DNA of 63,931 bases, counting the filler, from Polymyxa betae A26-41 (taxonomy: Eukaryota; Protista; Endomyxa: Phytomyxea), in NCBI GenBank assembly GCA_003693705.1. It is 8 parts of 8 records of this genome, joined end to end, with 100 filler letters (N's around TTAATTAATTAA, not from the genome) between each part and the next. Parts side by side here need not be neighbours in the genome. Positions count along the whole stretch, not along the records: positions 29,047 to 46,978 come from RBZT01000305.1; positions 47,079 to 54,591 come from RBZT01000679.1; 6 more parts are not named here. One strand, written 5' to 3'. A model generated the notes under the pieces. The model searched no databases, was not told the DNA's origin, and saw only the letters and a program-made list of their open reading frames with translations. Below, in pieces: positions 36,988 to 48,955 of the stretch. Both the position numbers and the translations under genes were made by a program. Position 1 is the stretch's first letter. Every line of letters begins with the position of its first letter.

Positions 36988-39362
36988 TGTTCTATGGCAA
37001 CTTAGACTTTGATGTTACTGTTGTGATGTGAAATGAATTTTGATTTATTAGCGGATGTGATTTGCCCTTTTACACTCTTAGGATTCACATGTTCGAGACA
37101 GCACTAGCCATTAATTGTGACCCCTGGGAATCGACTGGGAAGATTCATCGATTTTGGAATCCACTCACGGAGTATTCTCCGCCACTCTTGTACCGAGTAA
37201 TCTCCACCAATCACTCTTCCAGTGCTTTCTTCGTCAATATGTAATGTTACGGGTAACAGTACTTTATATTGACACCCTCGCCTCCTCAAAAATGGCAGTT
37301 TCTAGTTAAAAGAGTCTAAACTTAATCAATGGTTGCGGCTTTAAAAAACCACGGGCTATGTATGGAAAAAAGCATGCAACTCATTAACAAGTCCTCGTTT
37401 TAACAAACGCCTCCGCAGTGTCAGCAAGTCCATGACCTGCGCTCTTTAATTCTCTTAAATAGTAACTAGTACAGGAACATCTTCCCGTAAATTCTTCAAA
37501 GGTTCCCAGCTGCTTTCTGAATGAGAAAATCCCTTCCAGTCAACAAGGAACTCAATCTCATTTGTTTGGGGATTAATGCGACAGTCCCTGAACTTTGCTA
37601 CTTCATAACTTGAGCAATCGTAAGCAAACTGATCTTTGATCTGCTCAGTTACGTTTAGTTTGCTGTCACAATAATATCTCATTCTATCCCCTTGGACTAT
37701 TTGTTTAGATCCATTGATTATATTCTCAACTTCGAAAAAATAATTATTCAATGTATCTGTGATCTTATATGGTCCTTTCCATGTCAAGAATAGTTTCTTT
37801 CCAGGTCTCCGAGAGGGATCTGGATCCGCTATTAGCACGAAGTCTCCAACCAGAAAGTTCGGCTCCCTCCTCATTATTCTAGGCTGGATCCGCTTCAACT
37901 TCCTGTGTTGCTCAGACAGAGCCGAGACCTGCCTGTGGATATTCGACAACGACTGCTGTAAGTTCTCAACAGATTGTCGAATCTTGTCGGGACTAACGCG
38001 CTGTAGCAAAAATGATCTAAGCGCTGCCCTCTTAAAGAAATAATCAAAAGGATTATCAGCAGGATGGCCGGTGAATACTGTCACTGGCGCCTTGCCATCT
38101 AATCTACCTTGTGGACGATGGTTAAGTATGCTCGATATTCTTATTTAACCATGGCCAATCTTGCTTATTCCAATGTAACTCTGAGATAAACGCTCTCATC
38201 AATGCTAAGTAATGCTTATTAATGACTTCATTAGAGCCATTACTACAGTGTCCATAGGCTACTGTGAAGTGATGCTGCATACTGCACCTTTGTGTGAACT
38301 CCCTCATAACTGTCGACATAGAGTACGATGCCATATCAGTTACCAGTATCTCTGGAGTTCTTGAAGCAGTTCTCCACTCCATCCACAGTTACCAGTGCAT
38401 TAGGAATGACTGCAGGTGTAACCTTTACAAAACCTGACAAATCATCTCTCATAACGAGATTCCACTGATAGCTGTGTGAATTCTGTGTATCTGCGGGCAT
38501 AATATAAATCCAGTCCATGTGTAACACATGATTGGGATACTGCCCATGCAAAGCTTCTCCTAACGGTCGAGGTATCCTGACCCCACCACGGGTAGGCAAA
38601 CAATGCAAGCAAGACTTGCAAAACTGCCGCATTTCTTGCATCATATATGGCCAATAGAAGTATTCGGCTAGCTTAGACGAAGCAGCCTGGTACCCTAAGT
38701 GACCACTATTGCCACCTGTGTGTGCTATAATGCACAATCGCAATCTCAAATCTCTACACTCTAGTGGAATCTTAACTTGTCCAGATTGAGTGATAATCAG
38801 ACCATCTGAGTTCGTTCTGTTTGATTTATCCAGATGCTGCTGTTGAAGACTACGGATCTCTTCAACAGAAAGCCAGATAAACTCCTGTTTCTGTGAATGT
38901 CTGATCCTATAGTTATCGGGGATCTGCAATGACGTGCTAGTCGTCGTCACTGTTACGGGTTTGAGGTCAACAATATCTGAAACTGGAATTGCACCCCATC
39001 GCGTCATTAAATCTGACCATACATTATCTTCACCGCTAATATGCAGAATCTCATAGTTGAACTTTTGGATCCCTAAAGCCCAACGCTGTAGCTTCTGAGC
39101 TACTGGCTTTGATACTTTCGTCGGTGAAAAGATTTGAATCAAATTCTTATGGTCCACAAATAATTTAAATGGACGCTCGCTGATTAACAGATAATCGAGC
39201 TTCCTCATTCCATCTACCACTGCAAATCCTTCTTTCTCTACTATCGACCAATTTAATTCCGCTCCGGCAAACTTATGACCGCAAAAACCTAACGGTTCAT
39301 GTTTCTGCACATGAGTGGCTTTCGCAAGGTCTTCTAGAGGGATTTGAGTGACAACAGCTGAG

Positions 39363-39645
39363 CTGCTGGTCTACTGCGCCTGGACTTCACAGCAACTAAC
39401 TGACCAAAAGGTACAATAACAGTTCCACAGTTGTTAGTCCAGGGCCTACTTATGCAGTACTACACACACCCCTCTCTTGAATATGACTGCACTCCTCACC
39501 AGAATCAGGCACTCAGGCCTCTGGCAGAATTAAGTAGGTGACCCCCAACCCAGATGAACCACGCATCTTTTCACGAGTTCTGAGCCGGTCCGGTCCACTG
39601 AACCCAAAAACGTCCAGTACCAGGGGGGACTCGAACCCGACCCTT
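39363..39645 (-). mobile_element. 5'-truncated tRNA-derived SINE
   Basis: B box GGTTCGAGTCCC at the 5' end, CAGCAG tail, TGAG duplication; removal restores RNase H NISAVV. Confidence 0.65.
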
Positions 39646-40976
39646 TGAGATGTTATTCTCGATTGCGTCCGTGAAAAGACATTGTATCAAGTCCTTCCTT
39701 GGATATGCAAGTCTAACATGGTTTGCTATAGCCTGTTTTAATTGTTCAAAGGCCAGTGCGTGCTTCGCAGTCCATCCAAACTTTCTCAAACGAACTTGCC
39801 TAGCAACTGATTTCGTTCGAGCTGGCTGTCCTCTCATAGCATCTTCGAATAGTTGCTGAAGCAAATATACTTTGCAGTTGTATTCTGGGATACTACGGCT
39901 CATCGATTGCGCAGCCATCAAAAACTGCTGTAAATCTCTAGCTGTTTTAGGCTGTGGAATTTCTACTAGAGCCTTAACTCGTCGAGGGTCATGTGAAACC
40001 CCCTTCTGTGGAGAATATCTTTCCACAATACTTCACTTGAGCTGTAAAGAACTCACACTTTTCTATGTTGAACTTGATCTTACGCTGTTCAGCTAAGCTT
40101 AATACCTTTTCTAATATGGCAAACCAACTTTCCATATTCTTAGCATGTCTAAGCAGATCATCTATCCAACTATAAGTTTGTCGAAGACCAAATCTTTAAA
40201 GACCTCATGCATTCGGGATTGAAACTGGATTGCCGAGTTTAATGCTCCTTGTATAGACCTTCTGGGAGTATACACTCCTCTGTCTGTTATAAGGAGAACA
40301 TCTCCTGGCATTGTTTAGCTAATGGCATTTGCCAAAATCCGTTAAATGCATCTAGCTTGAACCAAACTTTAGACTCGCTAAATGACTCACTATAGATTCT
40401 AAGAACGGCATGGGCCAGGCCGTGCCTTCAGACTTAGCGTTGACTCCTCGCAAGTTTACACACATGCGATAACCGCCGCCTTCTTTCTTGACCACCACGA
40501 CTGGTGATGCCCATCGAGAATTAAGATTCTCATATACTAACCCATTTGTAACCAGATGGTCAGTAAACTCTTTCATTAACTCACTTTGTTCATTACTGTA
40601 CTTATGTGGTTTACATCTATAGGGTTGAGCATTTTGCTTCAATTTCGTCACAAAAGGTGTGACCTTTGCTGGAGGGTCTCTTCCCATATGCACTCTAAAG
40701 GTATTGATGTGCTTATACAGGAGATCATTTACTGCAAGACCCAATCATTACTTAGGCCTTGCTCTGGCACCTTTTTAATCGCTTTCTCTATGCCACCAGA
40801 TATTGCTTCCATTTCTGTTGGACTGGGCATAGGCGCAATAGTATTGCCACAATTATGTTCCTTGATCATCTGATCTAATGCTCTGGAAGGATCAATCCTT
40901 AGTGTTTCCAATATATCACTTCCCAGGATAATTTCTTCACTCGGTATATCCCATATCAAGAAAGGTTGATCTTGTA

Positions 40977-43667
40977 TGGTGGGCCCTGTCTTAAACCATA
41001 CGCATTTGTTAGGAGAGGCTCCGTGGGTCAATAATTTCGAAAATCTAACACCATTCTCATCAAACAGGTCATTAATCGATAGATCTCATCGAGGAGATTC
41101 AGAAAATGATCTCGCCTTTTTAAAAACTAAAAAATCTACGGCGTTATTGACGATATTCTTTTATAGGGAATGGAAAACTTCTGGACTGGGTGCTGCGCAG
41201 TCGCGCAAGTTACGTTTTGACTGCGCACATTACTAAAGTGCGTGCGCACTTTATGATTTTGTTAGACTCAGTTTCTTGGAGCCACGCATTCCGGGTTTTC
41301 TGGTCGTTGCTCATTGCTTGACGACCGGATGGGGCGGATATCAAAGCAGAGGCGCCATATCCAGAGGCTTTCTGATGCTGCACGGCGACTTCCACCACCT
41401 TCTGCTGATAATGCTGGCGTTGTCATCCTTGATGCCGAAGGGGTTCCTATCACCACAAACGACGATATAGAACTTGAAGATGCGGAATGGAATGGGGAGT
41501 CTGTCCCAGCCGACTTGATTGCTTTGGACGACAACGCTCTTGACGGTTGGGTTCAAGAAATTTCTGACATGCAGCTTGAGGAAATTTCCTCGCAATGCTG
41601 GCTGCAATGGAAGCATGGTGCAGGTTCCCAGTTGAGAAAGGCTCATAACGGGACTGGCTGGTCAACATTCTTTGCAAGGCAAGCGGAGAAGCGACGCATG
41701 ACCGAATCCATGTCGGGATGTAAGTGCATTCTTCATTACTTCGCACCCAGAGATGCTATCAATAGAGCAACAGCAGAAGTAAATACTGTGGCTGAAGAGG
41801 TCGAGTTTAGCCTTGAACTTTCCACTCCCGATCCTGATGTCCCCGAAAATTCTATCGGAGCAGCAATCGAGCTGCTGAGAAGAAATGTTCATATTAAGGA
41901 CAATTCTAGGCTCGAGAAACGCCGAGGATCAAGCCAGTTTGATTTCATCCGTCAGATTTGCATTTTAAGATATCCTGAGAAGCTTGAGCAAAATCCGCGG
42001 TCCCGTTTCAAGTCATCAATTGAAGTTGCTGCGATCGTTTTCGGAAAAAGCGAGAGCCAACGATCTCACAAATGAAGCAGTATCATCCCTTGGAGCGATG
42101 AATTCGTTAGAACCCATGAATTGATGAGTCTCCGGCAGGGAAAACATCAGAAAAAAGAATCACTCATTGACGACAATGATGTCAGGTTTGCCTGCCTCTC
42201 GTATTTGCGAAGCGCCCGTCCTGAAACCATTACCGGACATTCGTTTGCTAAATGGGGGTCAGAAAATCTCCACAAACATCCCGAACTCACTTTGGATAAT
42301 CCCGTAAACATCCATCGTAATACTGCAATCCAATGGCTTCATGTTCTTGGATTTCGCAAACTCCAGCATAAAAAGGGAACCTATACCGATCCAGACGTCG
42401 TTGCTTATCGGACAAAGTATTGGTTTTGGTGTGGAACAGTGCCATTTTCCTGATCTGGACTTAGGTTTGTTGAAGAGTTCTTCAAGCTTCTAGGAAAAAT
42501 GGATTCGTTTGATGGCGAAAACATGGATGTCGTGGTTCCTCCAATGTTAGAGCCCACTGAAATGAAACTGGTTCTTCTGACACATGACGAATCATGCTTT
42601 GAATCGAATGATGGCGCAAAGGTGGTTTGGATTGAACAGGGAAAACCCAATTTGCGGCCGAAAGGCTTGGGAAAGTCGTTCATGGTTTCTCAGTTCCTGT
42701 GTCAGTGTCACGGCCACATGGAGGTCGAAGTGACTGAAGAACTCTTGCAACGTTTTCCGTCCATTTCTCAACCTCCCGGAACGATCTTTCAGACCCTTAA
42801 AATCATCAAAACCAGGGAAAACGCAGACGGATACTGGGGGAAACAAGGACCTTGTGGAGCAGACAAAGGCAGCGATAATTCTATTTGAGATTCTGCCCCC
42901 GGACTGCATTTGCGTATTCGCCTTTGATAATTCTGCCAACCATCACGCATTTCCCCCAGATGCTTTGAAGGCCAGCAAATTGAACAAAGGAGATGGTGGT
43001 AAAAATACTCCTTTCCTGCGTCCCGGCTGGTTCGTTAAGGACGGAGTTTCTGTGACGCAGCCCATGCAGTTTATCGATCCTGCTGGCAACAAGCTTCAAA
43101 AAGGAATCAAACGAATTTTGCAGGAGCGAGGCCTTTGGACTTTACCTGAAATGAAATTGGACGCAGCTCGATCATTACTTGACGTCCAGCCGGACTTTCT
43201 TACACAAAAAGAATGGCTTGAGGAAACCGTGCAGCAGTCTGGCCACAGAATCATTTTTTACCCGAAATTCCATCCGGAGTTTAACTGGATAGAAATGTTT
43301 TGGGGCGCGACCAAGCGCTATACCCGGCGGCATTGCACATATAGCTTTAAGGTTTTCGAGGCTATGCTTCCTCTAGCCTTGAAAGTCACAACGCTCTCTA
43401 CAATGCGTCGCTTGGTCAGGAGATCTTTCCGCCACATCTCAGCATATCGTTCCGGGCGTGTCTTGACCCCACAGCAGATAGAGCATGCGATGAAACAGTA
43501 TTCGTCGCACAGATCCATTCCACTTTCCATTCTTGAGACTTTATAAACCGAAAATTCTCTTAAACCTAAGCGGACTTTTGAAAAAACTCCGAGTAAAACC
43601 GCTACGGACTTTTCTGAAAATATTTGGACTCCCAGGAAAAGTGTATGGTTTAAGACAGGGCCCACCA
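40977..43667 (+). mobile_element. IS630/Tc1/mariner-type transposon with long DDE insert
   Basis: Perfect 25-bp TIR TGGTGGGCCCTGTCTTAAACCATAC, TA on both sides. Confidence 0.92.
41314..43546 (+). pseudogene. DDE transposase (stop and frameshift; intron 42417-42464)
   Basis: THDESCF, FDNSANH, GIKRILQERGL, YPKFHPEFNWIEMFWG. Confidence 0.88.
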
Positions 43668-43830
43668 TAGGAGATATTTTATTACCAAAATTGACTGTGA
43701 GACGGGCAAACTCAACGAATTTGAGATTTGGGGCAAAGGGCTGCTCTTACTCAACAATCGTTGAGCTTGATTTTGTAACTAGCTGCGTTGAATTTGGGCG
43801 ATGACTGAGTGACAGGAAGGAAACTCAAAC

Positions 43831-44262
43831 TCAAAACAGAAAATCGCGCCCCGAATTGTCTCTAATAACAGCGTGGCCATCAAAGTTTGTTACAGGCTCC
43901 CAAGTCGGTTCTGCAAAATGTTTCCATTTTACGAGGTATTGGCGACGGTTGCCAGGGAGACCACGGTTTATAAGAATACGATCGACGACTTCCGATTCTT
44001 GATCGTAAATAGGGTCTCGTGACACTAATTTCAATTAGAAGGCGGGACAGCGCGTTGATAAAGCGAGCTGTCAGTATCTAAAAGCTGGTAGGAGCCTCCG
44101 CGATGAAAAGATTCCATTGGTTGTTATCACCTTGTAACAAGTTTATTATAGTGCGGCATGGCGTCTGAAAGAATCTTTCAGCAAGTCCATTCGCACGTGG
44201 ATGATAAGGTGTGACAAGTCGATGAACAATATGAAATTCTTCTGTCAGAGATTTAAGAACTG
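43831..44262 (-). pseudogene. Gypsy integrase C-terminal half and chromodomain fragment
   Basis: TPYHPRANGLAER; YLVKWKHFAEPTWEP. Confidence 0.85.
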
Positions 44263-44388
44263 TGTCAATATAAAGTAATGTTACCCGTAACATTACTTAT
44301 TGACCAAGAAAGCACTGGAAGAGTGATTGGTGGTGATTACTCGGTACATGAGTGGCGGAGAATACTCCGTGAGTGGATTGCAAAATCG
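44263..44388 (+). repeat. Partial LTR, inverted copy of about 37150-37274
   Basis: Near-identical TGTCAATATAAAGT...GAGAATACTCCGTGAGTGGATT. Confidence 0.9.
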
Positions 44389-45311
44389 TTAACGGCGCCC
44401 CATTTGACGCTACAAACCCTGAACACGTTGCCATTGTCGTCGCAGAGCTCGCCGGCAAAGTTTCAGACCTGCAACTATCCAAGGAGCAGCTAGAGCAACG
44501 CAACGCCGAGCTCTCCCAGCAGATGCAATCTCAAACCTTAACCCTAGCCAAGAAACCGACCGCAGCCCCCAAGCTCCCTCTCCCAGAAAAATACGACGGA
44601 AAGCGTCAGCAGTTCCGCCAATTTATTAATAGTGTCAAGCTTCAGTTCTCGGTCTCCCACGACCGCTTCCCCACCGACGCCTCCAAGACCGGGTTCGTCG
44701 CCTCGCTGCTCCGGGGCGCCGCCCTGGACTGGATCACGCCATACCTCGAGCTCCAGGATCCCATGCTTTCTTCATGGGAGTCTTTCGAAGAAAAATTCAA
44801 GGCCATGTTTGACGACCCTCACCGTGCCAAGACCGCCGTCAGTAAGCTGACGCAGCTTAGACAAGGCCGACGTCCCGTCGTCGCCTACGCTGCCGAGTTC
44901 CGGCGCATTGTCATGGACGCCGACTTTGACAACAACGCGCAAGTATACTGGTTCCGTGCCGGACTGACCGACGCCATCCTCGACGAGCTCACACATACAG
45001 CCGCCGAGACCGATTTGGAGAAGTTCATCGCGCAGTGCGTGCTGATCGATACCCGCCTTCGTGAAAGAGAAGTGGAACGGAAGCGCCGTTCTGGGTTCGC
45101 AACCCCATCCACATCCACATCAAGCTCAGTCCCGAATGATCCCATGATCCTTGATTCTACCACTACTTCTACCCGCCGTGGCCCCATCTCTGCCGAAGAA
45201 AGGAAGCGACGAATCGAGAACAACCTCTGTCTTTATTGTGGAGGATCTGGCCATCAGAAAGTAAGCTGCCCAACCAAGCCGGGAAACGGGCAGTCCCGTC
45301 AACAGAGTTGA
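44373..45311 (+). CDS. gag: Ty3/Gypsy (Tf1/sushi-like) Gag; true start lost at the junction
   Basis: LPEKYDG, LRGAALDW, LRQG, CLYCGGSGHQKVSC. Confidence 0.92.
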   Translation: MDCKIVNGAPFDATNPEHVAIVVAELAGKVSDLQLSKEQLEQRNAELSQQMQSQTLTLAKKPTAAPKLPLPEKYDGKRQQFRQFINSVKLQFSVSHDRFPTDASKTGFVASLLRGAALDWITPYLELQDPMLSSWESFEEKFKAMFDDPHRAKTAVSKLTQLRQGRRPVVAYAAEFRRIVMDADFDNNAQVYWFRAGLTDAILDELTHTAAETDLEKFIAQCVLIDTRLREREVERKRRSGFATPSTSTSSSVPNDPMILDSTTTSTRRGPISAEERKRRIENNLCLYCGGSGHQKVSCPTKPGNGQSRQQS

Positions 45312-45315
45312 CGGG
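45281..45315 (+). promoter_or_regulatory. -1 ribosomal frameshift signal
   Basis: G GGA AAC in gag phase, 7-nt spacer, CCCGTCAAC-AGA-GTTGACGGG hairpin; pol is in the -1 frame. Confidence 0.82.
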
Positions 45316-46978
45316 CAACACGGTCAGTCCTTCTCCACCATCTCCAATTCCTCTAAACGTTTCGCCTATTTATTCTTTTCCTCGTTCTTGCTCCTCTCGT
45401 TCTTCTGTAAGTTCCTATGTTTCCGATTATTCCGACAGTTTCCCTAGTTCCCCTAGTTTCAGTTTACCTAGTTTCCCTGCCCTCCTTGACCCTATGAATG
45501 TTTCGCCTCGTTCCGTTCCGCTTGGAAAGTCTAATTGCACTATACGCTCCGCTCCCGGTTTCCATACTAATACTTCTTGTCGTCCCGCCGTCTTATCTGG
45601 CGCCGCCGCCGGTCCCTCCACCGGCGGCCCCTCCAGCTTCTGTGATTGTGTCCCGCCCCAGTCCACCTGTTTACAAACTAAGCTAATCATCAAAGGCAAA
45701 GTTGTTGATGCTCTTATCGATTCCGGCGCGTCATCACTCTTCATGGACCGGCATTTTGCCGAAAATTTCGCCATCCACCTTGATGCACTTCCAGCTCCCG
45801 TCTCCGTGAAAACCATCGATGGTTCCGACCTGAAACAAGGCGACGTCAAGTTCTGCACATCCCCAGTCGAGGTCCAGACTTGCCTAGGTCGAGAACAGCT
45901 CCGCTTCTACATCATCGACACTCCACGCCAGCCCATCGTTCTTGGCGCGCCCTGGCTGGAGAAGCATAATCCCGACATTGCCTGGCGCCAAAGTGAGGTC
46001 AAGCTCCGTGGCCGCCGACATCATTGTGACCTAGATTCCGTCCCTAACGTCTCCATCAGCTTCGCCGACTCTGATGAATTTCTGCAACAAAGCTGCGATG
46101 CGCAGCTTTTCTCTATCGACATCACCCAAGCCGAGCGGCAAGAAGCTCCCGAGCTCCCGCCGCAGTATCACGACTTCTCGGACGTCTTCGATAAGTCGAT
46201 CCAGGACTCACTCCATCCTCATCGGCAGTATGACTGCGCGATTGATCTTGAAGCCTCCCGTCCTAACCTCCCATCGTTCTCCATGTTCCGCCCCGAATCC
46301 TTTCCCTAAGATCCTGCCTCTGCCTCCGCCGCTGGTTCCGTCCCAGCTTCTATCCCTGTTCCTGTTCCTGTTCCCGTTCCCGTTCCTGATCCTGTCCCTG
46401 CTTCCTCAGCTCTCCTAGTTCAGGTGGCCAGCACCGGCCTCACCTCCCCTGCTATCTACGACCGTCTCGTCCAAGCGACCGCCAAAGACGAATATGCCTT
46501 GTCCAAGCTCGATGAGCTCTCTCCCGACTCCGAGTTTTCGCGATCCGGAAATCTCCTCCTTTTTCGAAACCGCATCTATGTCCCCGACATCGACGACTGC
46601 CGCCTCGCTGTCCTCCGGTCTTGTCACGATGCTCCAACGGCTGGCCATTTCGGCTCGGCCCGTACCCTCGAGCTCGTCAAGCGAAGCTATTGGTGGCCTG
46701 GTCTCCCCGCCTACGTCAAGGCTTATGTCTCCTCCTGCGACACCTGTGCCCGGGCCAAGTCTTCCAGACAAAAGCCTGCCGGGCTCCTCCAGCCGCTCCC
46801 TGTTCCTCTGCGCCCATTCAGTTCGGTTGGTCTCGATTTCATCACCGACCTTCCCGAGTCCAGTGGTTCCAACTGTATCCTGGTCTTCGTTGATCGCCTC
46901 ACCAAGACTGGCCATTTCATCCCCTGCCATGGCCCTCCCGATGCTGAATCGACAGCTCACATGTTCCTGTCCACCATC
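45281..46978 (+). pseudogene. pol: Gypsy pol: protease and integrase N-terminus, RT/RNase H deleted
   Basis: LIDSGAS, VLGAPWL, YDCAIDL, then HDAPTAGH...CDTC, LDFITDLP. Confidence 0.88.
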
Positions 46979-47078
46979 NNNNNNNNNNNNNNNNNNNNNN
47001 NNNNNNNNNNNNNNNNNNNNNNTTAATTAATTAANNNNNNNNNNNNNNNNNNNNNNNNNNNNNNNNNNNNNNNNNNNN
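46979..47078. other. Artificial contig linker
   Basis: N44-TTAATTAATTAA-N44. Confidence 0.98.
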
Positions 47079-47479
47079 TCCGTACAATGCAATTTGGCTG
47101 CTGGGTGCTTTCTGTAACGAATTCAGTGCTGAATGTGGTGAACTGTTTGTCGAACACGCTCCCTTCACCCCCTTCGAACAAGGATCGATGGCTGCAATAT
47201 CCCGATATGATGGACCAGCACGTCCCCGAGACCAGCCCCGATTCAGAGCAGCCTGAGACAGCATCGTCTTCGTTGGATCCGACTCCATGCGTTGTCAATC
47301 AGAGTTCGGAATCCGAAAGTTCTGTTGGTGCTGTTAATGGAGACAATCAGAAGAGCAGTGAACAGATTGTCTCCAATCTCGATCACAATAAACCGATCCC
47401 TGCGAAATCTCAACCTCAATCAGGTACGTTTGAAGAACTATTTCAACCGACTATTCATGGTATCTGATGACAAATCTTG

Positions 47480-47877
47480 TCGATATTTTGCTCTAACGTA
47501 ACTGCAGAATCTCGTACTTTTGTCTATTTTCTGAATCGTGTTCATTAATCTTTTTCAACATTTTCGGTTTAATTCATCCAGTTTATTATCTGACAATATT
47601 TCAGGAACAGATCATCAACTCGTAATCTGTAGTATCTGTATTTTTGTGATCTTTATCGCCCTGTCCTGCTGGTTGTACCAACGCTTTCAACGACCTCGAC
47701 AATCTCTCCTCTTGGAAAACTGCAATTCAAAATCTGTCGCTTCTGTATCAGTTTAAAAATACAACTGTTGCAAATTTACATCTCCTTCCTAATTCTGTGT
47801 CGATCGTTTTGCTTTCATGAAGGTTTGAAGCTTGTTATCGGCCAAAGATATCAGATTCTCCTTCTTATGATCATACA
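47480..47877. repeat. Diverged direct repeat, copy 1
   Basis: Aligns by eye with 51450-51840. Confidence 0.85.
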
Positions 47878-48780
47878 GCATTCTACGAGCGCCTTCACAC
47901 ATTTTGAACTTGGTCGGTAAAACATCCCGAAATCAGATGAAGTCGGTTCTTTCGTCGAACTGCTTCGTTCATTGCCAGTTTTGGTGGAATTTTGCATATG
48001 GAGGGGATAGGCTCCAGAAAAGTAGCTGGCAGGTTTGGCACAAGTTATCATCTGTTATTGATATGTCATTGAGGAAACTAGGGAGGGATGTCGGTCTGGC
48101 CTCATCATGTATAAGGAGTATGGGAAAACGGTACAACACTGAATTGTTTGGGTTCGCTCAAAGGCCGTCTAGCTCAAAGAATCACTGTCAATGTAGGTAG
48201 CGAACATAGTCTTCAATACATGATATTAAAATCAGATTTATGTGATACAAACTTGATGTGGATAATTCATAGTGAACAGTAAAACGTGATTCTTGACTCT
48301 GTGTGACAGAAGGATTCAGCCGCTCAATCGCTTATAACATTCGAACAAGGTGCTTGATTTGCCGATTTCCAAAGCCAAATGAAGCGAGAGGCATTCTTCA
48401 GCAGAATTCCAAGACTATCAGCAACCCCCTGCTCAGCGCCAAACAAAGACTCAAAAATTTTGGCAATGTCGAATGTATTGCTGGACATCAATTCGAGAAG
48501 TGCAATCTCATCATGCGAAGCCCGGAAAATCTGGCAGAGTTAAATCTTCATGTGAAGAGTATCAAGGAAACTGATCCAAATTCACTGTGACATTGTTCCA
48601 ATCTTAGGAAGATAGATGAGACTAGCCAGCTTCCATGTCTTGAAAACCTATTGGCGTCTGTTCCGATCCATGTCCTCTTTGGAACGCAGCCGCGACGGCA
48701 CATCGCATCCAGTTCATTGATTGCTTGAAGCTGGCAAGCTGAGAATCCTGAGATTACGACAACAGCAAAGGGGAACCCTA

Positions 48781-48856
48781 ACTGATGAGAAGGCTGCGCA
48801 AGTCCTGACTGATGAGAGTGGCTGCGTAAGCCCTGACTGATGAGAGGGCTGCGCAA
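48781..48856. repeat. 27-28-bp tandem repeat x3
   Basis: ACTGATGAG...GGCTGCG units at 48781, 48808 and 48836. Confidence 0.85.
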
Positions 48857-48955
48857 CAGCCGTCAGGGGCTATGAGTAGCGCAGCCCGTCCATCTAGACG
48901 GATCGAAAGAGTCTCCCTCACGTGTGCGTGACGCCATTGCTTACCCCATCTCGTC

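Larger units (their letters stand above)
36988..43720 (-). mobile_element. Ty3/Gypsy chromodomain element (PR to chromo plus 3' LTR 36988-37274), carrying a SINE and an ITm transposon
   Basis: YRMCVNLR, WIDD, FVDHKNL, CLHC, WKGPY, LVDWKGF...SWEP; PPT at 37275-37287. Confidence 0.9.

Noticed and set aside
47087-48590. Ser-rich ORF and a MULE-like fragment
   Set aside because: No diagnostic motifs; no consistent gene model
48781-48870. Hammerhead ribozyme (CTGATGAG cores)
   Set aside because: The stem is followed by GAC rather than GAAA, and no stem I/III with a cleavage triplet was found
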